64,000 bases of DNA from Euprymna scolopes. Taxonomy: Eukaryota. The position numbers and the translations under genes are program-made. Positions 52,558 to 64,000 of this stretch are shown here, piece after piece. A model generated the notes under the pieces. It was not told where the DNA came from and made no database searches. It saw only the letters and a list, made by a program, of their open reading frames with translations. The stretch lies in NCBI GenBank assembly GCA_053919585.1, contig CM132801.1. The stretch is one strand, 5' to 3'. The number at the start of each line of letters is the position of its first letter. Position 1 is the stretch's first letter.

Positions 52558-53773
52558 AACTTATCTGTTGAAAATGTTAGTTTACATTAAAAAAAAAAAA
52601 AAAATGACGGAAAAGTTTCTAGTCGAATTTTAGCAATAAAAATGTCCGTAAATTAGTTTTTCAACTGACATATTTCGCATCTTTCTCAATAAAGTACCGA
52701 TTTTATTTGTAAAAGTATTTTCCAGAGTGAACAATTTCAAAATGTGCACAAATCTCAGATCCATATTGTCACATTGACATTTACTGAGTGCTTCTCTACC
52801 AGTGTGTTGTTAAATGTTGAGGACTGATTTAAAAAAGGGCATTTATTTAACAGAAACGAAAAAATAGTAAGAAACAAAAAACAAAATGTTACCAAAGGCA
52901 AGATAAATTTTTTCCTTACCTGAATAGGATTTTGATGTTTTAACTTATTTTAAAGTATCTTTATTTAAAACATAAGTATTGCCTTGTTGATAAGTTGGAG
53001 CGAAAACAAGATGGCTGCATCTAATGGGTGGATTTCTATCACTACTGTTTAATTTTTTTTTTTTCCAAACATTCATTTACCAAATAAACTCAGTGTTTAT
53101 TAAAATAATATTGCTACTCGGAATTATTATGAGTTGGGCAGTTATAATAGAGAACGTTTGGTTTTGTAAGTGTTTATTAAAATGAAATCTGTAGAATTCA
53201 CTTGTCACGTGAACCAAACTCCCATCAATATAACCACCTAAATATACTTTTAGTTAAAAATGAATTTACTTAATTGAATTCCCACCCCATTAAAAGACAC
53301 CAACGATGATCAAAAAACATTAATCGATTAGATATAAAGAAATATATGCAATTTTATTATCATCATTCCTTTGTATTTTTTTTCAATTGCAGTCATTATC
53401 TTTGAGAACTGACAAAATTCCCCCACTTTGTTTTGAATATTTCACAGATAATTTAACTTAAATTCTTGCCTAAAAACAAAGTTATTTAAAATTATAGGAT
53501 TTCTTTTCTTTTTGAGTGATATACCATATTTGCTCAAATATTGGAAGTTAGTACATGGGATTAATACTTTTGTTATAATTGTAAAATTATTTTTAAGTCT
53601 GAGGTTTTTAAACAGAATAGCTAATTATTCATGTCTGCAATGAAAACAAAATAAGCGAATTATACAGAATAATGAAAAACGGATTTAAAAAAAAAATCCA
53701 TCAAATTAGACGTTATGAAAAGATAAACGCATAAAAGTTAGATTTGGAAAAATACTTTTCGGAAAATGTTGGT

Positions 53774-53789
53774 GGCCCTGAAAAGGGCC
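53774..53789 (-). promoter_or_regulatory. Histone 3' stem-loop (H4, U4)
   Basis: Same 16-nt hairpin. Confidence 0.96.
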
Positions 53790-53828
53790 GTTTGGTTTGG
53801 TTCGTTTTGTCTTGGGTCAAATAATGGT

Positions 53829-54170
<342 letters not shown>

Positions 54171-54403
54171 CTAATGTACGGCGGACAACAAATCAAATTC
54201 ACTATATATAGGTCTCCGCACAAAATCCGGCGGACCTAGTTGAAAGCACCCCACGTGATGCTTTATCACCAATGAGAATAAAGGGAAATATTTGAACATT
54301 TTGCGAGCACCGAACAAAGGAAAACTGAACGAGCACTTCAGAAAGTAGCAGCAGCTGATAACAGCTCATATAAAAGCTGTAACGGTCGTCGGCTCGTGCG
54401 TAA

Positions 54404-54853
<450 letters not shown>

Positions 54854-54880
54854 ATTTATTATCTCTCTTCATATTCAAAC

Positions 54881-54896
54881 GGCCCTTTTCAGGGCC
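54881..54896 (+). promoter_or_regulatory. Histone 3' stem-loop (H3, U4)
   Basis: Same 16-nt hairpin. Confidence 0.96.
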
Positions 54897-57800
54897 ACAA
54901 ATTTATTATGAAAGTTTTTTCTTACTGTTGTAATTTAATGCGATTTTTATGTTTTATAAGTTTTCTATATTCTGTCATTGACTTTTTTTCAATGTGATGT
55001 TCCTCTTTAGGTGCGTTTATAAGTGAAACGACATTTTTCGACATCAATTGTTTTTAGGCAATTTATATCCGAAAAAGTTGTAAAAAAAAAAAAAAATAAA
55101 TAAATGTTATCAAAGGCAAATGGCGCCCAAGACAAAATAATATTAAAAATCCACCGAATAACATATATTGAGCGAGTTTCTAACAGTATTTTGTCTGCTT
55201 TTATAATTTTAACTCCCTTTCCCAGACATACCGTATCAATGAGAAAGTCGGGTGCCATTTTAATTTTCCAATACATCGGTAAACACTGTTTTTTTCGAGC
55301 TGAATTAACATATTACATTAAATAAAGACATCAAAAACATATCCAGTTAGGTAGAAAAGTAGCTTATCTTGCTTTGATAACATTTATTTGTTATATATTT
55401 GTTTTTTGACAACTTTTTCGAATCTGTGTACAGTAATACACACCATTATTTATTATTAAATTTATTGAATATTTCCTATGAGGTTTCACCGAGCATTAGA
55501 TTGAATAGATTAGTAATAAACTGCAATTTAAAGTCATTATTATAAATACCTACAAAAAATGTTGATGTACAGTAAAACAAAACAACAGAACCATACCGTT
55601 AAAAGAATCTTATCAAAACTTTAAAAACAACATATCACTCGAATGTCAGCGAGAGCATGAATTAATAACTCTCTAAATCCAAAGATAATCTGCATAAAAT
55701 GACTCAAAGGGTTGATCTGCCGTACAATCCAACAAACGAACCTCATCATTTTTGTCCACTGAGATTCATTCGCAAATATTCTCTATTTATATACGTTATT
55801 ACTATGTTTACTAAATTCAAATTTTATGTTTCTGTTCATTAGAAAACTATTATACTAATAAGAAAGATAAAATAAAGTATTTTAAAAATATTTTAATATA
55901 AACTGTGTAAAAAGAGTTTTCAAGCAAGAAAATAAAAATATTCCAATTATAGAAGAAATTGTAAATAAACTATTTAAAATATATTATCCCACCCAAAAAA
56001 AAAGACATTTAAATAATTAAAAAAAAGTTTTATTTTATTACTTGTAATACAAACAAATATAAATTGCCAATTATCGTTTTTACAGTAAATTATTTTATGG
56101 CGAGATATATATCGTTGGAAATGTGTTTCTAATGTTATTTAATTATTAAAATAAAATCAACTTTCAATCAATAAAAATATTTAGAGTTCGACTCGAACAC
56201 TTGTACTGAAGTAACAAAAATGTTGGCTTGTTGTTACTTGATCTAATATACAGGATAATTACGAACAACTGAAATGTGGAGAATGATGACTTGAATATCA
56301 CTTTATCTTAAATAAAAATAAATGAATCTTTACTTGCAATAAAAGTTCGATAACTCCAAAATTATTTAACTAAGTTATTTCCCTTATATTTCCCAGATTA
56401 TAAAACAGACAATATTATGACTATATTAGAGTTGTTGTGAAAAAAGAGTACGAAAGAATAATTTTGTGTGTATATTAAAGTTCTCTTTTCCGTTGAAATA
56501 AAATCTTTTTCATTTATAATTTATGAATAAAGTTAGTTGAAAGCTCGACAAATAAACAGAAATAAACATAAAAGCATTAATTATAGACGAACTTATTGAA
56601 TAAAAAGGATTTTTAAAAAATAATATTATCAAAGCTTCTTGCGCTAAAAAAAATCTCTTCATTTTAGATTTCCGTATTCAATAAGAATTACATAAAAGAT
56701 AAGTAAAAATAGATATTAGATAAAATACTACAGAATAACATGAATTATTTACAAATGTTATTTACTTTACAGATTGATATAGAATTTGGGGATGTGTAAA
56801 AAATGGTGCCCGAAAAACTCGTCCCGGGAAAACTTGTCTCCGGAAAGCCCGTGCCCGGAAAAATCCCCCCTTTTTGCTAGGTAAGAAAAATGATCCCTTA
56901 TTGAATAAATATCGATTGAAAACACATTTTATTATCGTTCTTGAAGGAGATATTGTTTCTAAAAGAGACTATGCACCCCCATAATATTTTTAAAAATTAT
57001 TTTTAACTCTTGTTTAAAAAAAAAATAAGATACGAAAAACGAAACCAAATATTTATTTTAAAAAATACTCTAGTTTTAACACTTTTTGTGTCATTAAGAA
57101 ACAAAAATAAAGAAAGAAAACACGTATTATCAAAGTAAGCAATTATTTTATTTAGAAGAATTAATTCAGTTAAATAATTCTTGTGTTATTACAAAATAAC
57201 AAAAAAAGAAAACACGGTCTTATTTTGGTACGGCGTTGAAATAATAACGTTATTATTTCGAAAGCAATTCTTAACATGGGGAGGAGGGGGTATCGTTTGA
57301 AAGTCATTTCGGGGTCACTTGTGCAGTACTTAAAAATATACATATTTATATTCTTTTGTGGGTGGGGGAGGCTCGTTTTAAAACTACATCTACCTCAGTA
57401 TTTTCTTTAATTTTCAGACATTTTTTTGTTAAAAATTATTTACTAAGTAATGTCGAGTGAGTGCGACATTACTTGTTATTTCTTTTTAACTAAATAAACT
57501 CTTTAAAATAAGTTTAAACACCAAAAACTTACAAAGCTAGGTAGAAAACGAAAACTAAAAAAAATCAATTAAATTTTTTTTAAAACAATAAACATGTAAA
57601 AATATTTTTTAAAATATTATGGGTTGTGCATTATTACCTAAAAATATACAAATTTCTTTTTTTTTATTATTGGGGGGGGGTCTCGTTTTAACACCTTAAT
57701 ATTTTCTTTAATTTGCTATTTTTGAGCAATTATCCCCCTAAGACGTGATCCTCTTCTGTCGGGCATTATTGTTCATAAGTAACACCCGACATTACTTTTT

Positions 57801-59159
57801 TTTTTAAACTAAATAAACTCTTTAAAATAAGTTGAAAGACCAAAAACTTTCAAAGCTAGGTAGAAAACGAAAACTTAGAAAAATTGATTTAATTTTTTTA
57901 AAACAACAATAAACAAGTAAAAATATTTTAAAAAAATATTATGGGATGTGTATTCTCTTTTAAAGACAATATCTTCTTCAAGAACGGTTATAAAATGTGT
58001 TTTAAATCGATGTTTATTCAATAAGGGACCAGTTTTCCTACTTAGCAAAAGGGGGCGAGTTTTCCGAAATTCGAAAAAAATGGTTGCTATGAAATGTATT
58101 TAATCAACAATTATGTTTTGATAAAATTGATATTTTTCTGGATAGTGCAAAAAATATTTTAGAATGAAAATCCAATAACATGCAGCAAATATGAGTTTAT
58201 TAATATTTCTATGGAAATAGTGTCCATTATATTTAAAATAAAGAAGAACCCAAATGAGATAAATTAATAAGTACCAATAAATGCTCTGAAAGTAATATTG
58301 TGCTACATAGTTCAATACTAATAATGAAGTCACATTGTAAGAGACAAACTTTAATTTACTTTGTCCTGCTTCATTTGAATGCTCCTTTACTATGTAAAAT
58401 TTCATTCACTTTTTTTTGTGGAGGGAGGAATGGGTTAAAAACCATTCACTTCGAAATTACTACGCGTTCTTTTCTCACACCATTACAACAATAATCATAT
58501 ATTATTATAATAATATGTGAAAACGATGCTACATCAAACTGTGGCCAGTCATATATTCTTTTCCGAGTTGCCAGATGGTTTTTTTTATAAGCGAGAATTA
58601 ATGAATTTGGCTTCTTTTTTTTTTTTACATTTTAACCTCTAAAAGTTATTTGGCCTTTTCCATTAATTAAGAAAGGAACAAGCAGAATATTATATAAATA
58701 GGATTTTGAAGATTGAATCGTTTAGTCATTAAATCATTGGTTGAATAAAATCGTCATAAAACCATTATTTAAGCCATTAAGATTAATGTAATGTTTTAAT
58801 CTCTATAAAATATATAAATACTTGAAATCTTATAATATTTGCGAATTTGTCAAGTATTTCAAAAGCCAAAAAACGACCTATTTAACTGTTTAAATGCTTA
58901 CAAGTCTTGTATTCCATCTTTGTCCATATTATTCCATTAGCTTTATTTACTTTGTATTTTAGATCAAGTGACAGCAATTAATTATATTATTTGTAGTTAT
59001 TTATTATGCGTTAGCCAGTCGTGATAATAAAAAAGCGTTTTTTTTTTTTTTTTTTTTTTTTTTTCTCAAAAGAATATTTATGCGAAATTAGTTTTTACCG
59101 GTACTTCAAAATGTAATCGTAACAATCTATTGTATAATTAATATTTCTGATGAAACTTT

Positions 59160-59198
<39 letters not shown>

Positions 59199-61530
59199 CG
59201 ATGTTATAAGTGATAAAAACACATAATTCCATACTTTTAATCTACCACTAACCCTAAGTTCGGGTTTTAATAGAAAAATAAAATCTGGAAAGGATGCGTG
59301 TGACGGGTTTGTTAAAGTGAATTTCGCTTAAAATATTTAAAAGTCATATATAACTATGGAATTAAAAAAAAAAAATACTAGCGGATAATTGTATACAAGT
59401 TTTTACTTCAGTCGATGTATGATCGAGTTTCATCATGCGACAATTACAGATTCATGAAGTCATTTGTGAACGGTGTGACATACGTTATAAGTATGAGATA
59501 TTATTTAGTTAAGTTAGAATCAAACGGTGAAAAATAAATGTTATATTGAGATATAAACAGTTTGTAGTGAAGAGAGATGCGATTCGATCGAACGCCAAAC
59601 AGTGATTGGTTTGAATAGCGACCATCTTTATTTCATTATTAAAATATTATTGAAATAATCAGCTTTCAGTTAATCATTTATTTCACAACTCAGGACAGTG
59701 GCGAGACTTGTCACTTAAAATGGCGTAACAAAACTTGACTGCAAATTATAGGACGATATTGTGTTGTTTCCACTTGATCAAATATGCTGCATAAATAATT
59801 CCAAACAACTGAAATATGGAGAATGATGATTTTAATGTCACACGATCTCAAGTAAAAAATGATTACAGATAATGTAACATGTAAAGTGCAAGTTCAATAA
59901 CTCTAAATTAATTTAACTAAGTTATCTCCCTTGTATTAAAATTAAAATTGAGACAGTAAAAGTTTAAAGAAGACTTCCCCTCGCTTGATCTCTTTTTCCA
60001 GAAATTCAAATCATTTTTATTAGAATAAATTATTTTATGACCAGTCGTTGAAAATGTTATTTAATTATTGAAATAAACAGCAATTTATTTCAGAGCTCTA
60101 GTCAGTGGGGAGATTTTGTACTCAAACTGAAGTAACAATAATTGACTGCAAATTATAGAATGATGTTTGCTTGTTGCCACTTGATCATAACATGCAAAAT
60201 AATGACAACTAAAATGTGGAGAATGATGATTTTAATGTCACTTGATCTCAAGTAAAAATGATTACATGTGAAGTCCGATCTCCCTTGTATTAATTATTCA
60301 AACTGAGACAGTAGTAGCCTAAAAAAACTTGCTGTCACATGATCTCTCATGAGAAATAAATAAAAAAAGAGTATTTTTTAACAATAACTACAGGTGTATG
60401 TATCAAAGTTTAAATAAAATTATTTGAAAATGTTAACTTTACAGATTGATACGTTCGTTTGACAGAATTCGGGGAAAAACATCAATAGATCAAATAAACA
60501 CCGCATATATATCCTATTTCATGAAATAGGTTTGTATGTGTATGTATATTTACGTATTGAGGTGTGTGATTGACCTATTGGATACCATCGTGGCCTTTGA
60601 ATCGTCAATATAGACATGCCCTGATCGTTTACTGACTAACACTTGGTAAAAGTATGAACCAGCAATATCGGTCATTTTTTTACTAAAGACAACAAAAGGA
60701 AAACGTTTTCAAAAAACTAGATTACAAATAAATGTTAACGTGAAATTTATTGGGTGGGTTTCTATCAGTATTTTGTTGAATTCACTACTGAGCAATTATA
60801 CAGACTTCAAAAGATATGACACTCTCGTTTCGGCCATTTTTCTTTTCTAGTTCTCCCGTAACATTGAACACTTTTTTTCCGAAATTTTTAATCGCTTCAA
60901 AATAAATTAAGCCACAATCAAAATAGGTAGAAGAATAACAAGGTTTTACTGTACACATAGATTCGATTAAAAAACAAATATATAACAAATAAATGTTATC
61001 AAAGGCAAGAAGTGGATAATTTTCTAGCGTGTTTATTTAATGTAACATGTTTATTCGGCTCGTAAAACATACAGTGGTTACCGATGTATTGGAAAATTAA
61101 AAATGGCGCTTGACTCTCTTTGACACGGTAAGTTTAGGAAAAAGAGTTGAAAATAAAATAATATACAAAATACTGTTATAAACCCACCAAAAATATGCCA
61201 GCCTATGTCACGTTAACACATATTGAGCGAGTTTCTAACCGTATTTTGTGTAGTTTTTTATTTTTAATTCCTTTTCCCAAACTTATCGTGTCAAAGAGAG
61301 AGAGAGTCGGGCGCCATTTGCAATTTTCTAATACATCGGTAAACACTATGTTTCTCGAGCTGAATAAACATGTTACATTAAATAAAAACATTAGAAAACT
61401 ATCCACTTAGGTAGAAAAGTAACTTATCTCGCCTTTGATAACATTTATTTATGTATTTGTTTTTTGACAACTTTTTCGAATCTATGTGTACAGTAATACA
61501 AGCTCTAATAACTTATCTTGCCTTTGATAA

Positions 61531-64000
61531 CACTGGTCAACACAATATTGTTGGCAGGCAAAGTAAGACTGGTTTCTGGGGTTTTCAAGGGCGCTGAATC
61601 CGAATCTGACATTAGTTTTTTCAAATTGGCTCTAGTTTTTGAGATATCACAGGGGGTCGTTTGTCTGAAATCACCCATTCGCGACCATAGCTAAACGTAC
61701 AAAAAACGGCTAAATAGTGCATAAATGTCAGATATTGATTTTTATGATAATCTTAAACCACAAAGACAGTGTAAAATCTCAATCTAACAAGTTAAGTTAG
61801 ATATAACATCATTTCATTTATCCTATAACTGAACACTTTTCATAGATTTCGAGGATATACAAAAAATTTGCTAAAAATTTGCTGAATTTTAATTCTCCAA
61901 GTGAAAAAAAACATTTACATAATCAGTTATATATCATAAATTAATGCAAATCATTATACACTAGATTCTTAGTTACAATGAACACACAAAACAATATTTT
62001 ATTCACAAAACTAAAATTGACGTTTGTACGATTTTCGCTAGTGAGCAACTTTTGGGCAGTCTCTCAAAAGGTTCCAGCAGTAGTCTGCCATCATGTGCTC
62101 ATCCCATTTGCCTTGATACCTCTCTTCCATTGTTTTGATGTCTTGATGGAATCTCTCTCCCTGCTCCTCACTGTAATCACCAAGATTACCAGGAAATCTG
62201 TCGAGGTGGCTAAACAAGAAATGAACTTTAATGCTCATATTTGCCCCTAGTTTTCCGTATTCAGTAAGCATCTTACGGACCAATTGCTTGTAATTGTCAG
62301 CTTTGTGATTTCCCAAAAAGTCTGTCACTACATCTGTGAAGGACACCCAAGCATTTAACTCAACCGTGTTCATATGATTAGTGAAGTCAGAATCCCTCAT
62401 GAGCGTTCGAATCTGAGGTCCATCGAAGATGCCACCTTTAGCTTTTTCGATGGAAAGACCTGGAAATTGCCTGCATATGTACTTGAAGCAATCCCCATAC
62501 TTGTTCAGCGCCTTAACAAACTGCTTCATGAGCCCTAGTTTTATGTGCAATGGAGGGAAGATGATTCTAGCCCTGGGTACCAAAGGCTCATTGATGACGT
62601 TGGCTGTGCCGACTTCGAGACTTTCTCGTTCTGGCCAGTTCTCCCTTCTCCAGTGCTGGATTCTTGCTTTGCTATCCCACAAACAAAGAAAGCAGGGATA
62701 CTTTGTGTACCCACTTTGCTGACCAAGCAGAAAATTCACCATTTTCAAGTCCACACCAATCAGCCATTTATGAGTGTTGTAATTCAGCTTTTCAAGAACA
62801 AATTTGATAGCATCATACTCTTCTTTCATCTTGGTAGAATGGCCAATTGGTACAGGAGCAAACTTATTGCCATTGTGCAAAAGTAAAATTTTTAGACTTG
62901 CTTTCGAGCTATCTATGAAGAGACGCCAATCTGCTGGGTCATATGATGAGATCCCCATGCAGTTAAGAAGTGCAGAAACGTCATTACAAAAGACCAGGTC
63001 GTCTTCTTTAGAAAAGAAACGAAGCAAGCTGCCTTCCCTTGTCCTATAGTATGTTACTTTTGTGCCAGAATCAAGAATGTTTTTCTCTTGGAGTCGTGAT
63101 GCAAGAACTTCAGACTGCTCCTTCGACAAACAAAGGTCTCGCACTAGGTCATTAAGTTCAGATTGATTGAAAAGCTGAGGGCCATTTGAGGGTTCTCCAT
63201 AGTCACTACAGCTATCATCACTTGATATTGAAAGATCAGCTGGAATCTCTTCGGTTTCATCGATTTCAGGCAAACTGGTGAAAACAGGCACAGGTAGATC
63301 CTCAGAGTGCGCAACAGGACGGATAGCAGAATCCAGGCTCGGATACTGCCAATTTGCTTTCTTGTGCTTGTTAAACCCCGTCATGTCATTGAGACAGAAG
63401 TAGCAGTCATCAAAATGATTGTTGGGCTCTCTCCACACCATTGGTACAGCAAACTTCAACTTCAGCTTACCGTTGGTCCAACCGCGGAGACTTTCTACAC
63501 AGGTTTTGCACACCATATGTGGGGCCCAAGACTTGTCTTGGTCACCAAGTATCATATCGAAGTATGCTTTGTACGCCCTCTTGACAAAGTCTGTAATATT
63601 CCTCTTTTGTTGTGCCATATATATATACTGTCCACAGATGTAACAAAAGACATCCGGTTCATATCTGCAACATCTTCTAGAACTCATTTTCTCTCTGGAA
63701 CTCATTTTCAACTGTGGAATTAAAAAGAAAATTCTTAAATACTGTTTAATTTATACTGCAACTATATTTATGGAACATGTTATTAAGTAATTACAGTATA
63801 TAATTATATAAAAATTCTCCCTATATAAATAATTATATAAAAATTCTCCCTGAAATACTTCAATATATACATAATCATTATAATGATTCAATAATATCAG
63901 AAAATTATTATTTACTGCTTCTATATTGAAGTATTTCAGGGAGAATTTTAGCAGTTTAGGCTTATTTGGGGCTATCAGTATCTTCTAAACTAGAGCCAAT
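61531..64000 (-). mobile_element. Chapaev3-like transposon (U4), cut by the window end
   Basis: Same insertion point (GATAA|CACTGG) and sequence as the U3 copy. Confidence 0.85.
62038..63705 (-). CDS. Chapaev3-type transposase (U4)
   Basis: Protein identical to the U3 copy. Confidence 0.85.
   Translation of the reverse strand: MSSREKMSSRRCCRYEPDVFCYICGQYIYMAQQKRNITDFVKRAYKAYFDMILGDQDKSWAPHMVCKTCVESLRGWTNGKLKLKFAVPMVWREPNNHFDDCYFCLNDMTGFNKHKKANWQYPSLDSAIRPVAHSEDLPVPVFTSLPEIDETEEIPADLSISSDDSCSDYGEPSNGPQLFNQSELNDLVRDLCLSKEQSEVLASRLQEKNILDSGTKVTYYRTREGSLLRFFSKEDDLVFCNDVSALLNCMGISSYDPADWRLFIDSSKASLKILLLHNGNKFAPVPIGHSTKMKEEYDAIKFVLEKLNYNTHKWLIGVDLKMVNFLLGQQSGYTKYPCFLCLWDSKARIQHWRRENWPERESLEVGTANVINEPLVPRARIIFPPLHIKLGLMKQFVKALNKYGDCFKYICRQFPGLSIEKAKGGIFDGPQIRTLMRDSDFTNHMNTVELNAWVSFTDVVTDFLGNHKADNYKQLVRKMLTEYGKLGANMSIKVHFLFSHLDRFPGNLGDYSEEQGERFHQDIKTMEERYQGKWDEHMMADYCWNLLRDCPKVAH

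Overview
AT-rich animal (metazoan) genomic DNA made almost entirely of a tandem array of replication-dependent core histone genes. The repeat unit is unusually long, about 15.9 kb (18.5 kb where an extra transposon is present), and about four near-identical units fill the window. Units are counted from the Merlin left end: U1 1392-17295, U2 17296-33182, U3 33183-51700, U4 51701->64000. Each unit has two divergent gene pairs, H4(-)/H3(+) and H2A(-)/H2B(+). All genes are intronless with an identical 3' stem-loop, and no H1 is present. The spacers are filled with DNA transposons amplified along with the array: a Merlin (IS1595-like) element at the same site in every unit (internally deleted in U4), a Chapaev3-like (CMC, Transib/RAG1-related) element only in U3 and U4, and at least three foldback/MITE families. 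The most notable observations are: a conserved TTWATGCGWTT motif exactly 41-42 nt downstream of the stem-loop in all four histone genes; a one-helical-turn (10 bp) spacer asymmetry in the Chapaev3 TIRs; a stop codon just before a conserved-looking C-terminal tail in both transposases; and a fixed H3 A88S change. Family assignments come from recognised motifs, termini and TSDs, not from database searches.
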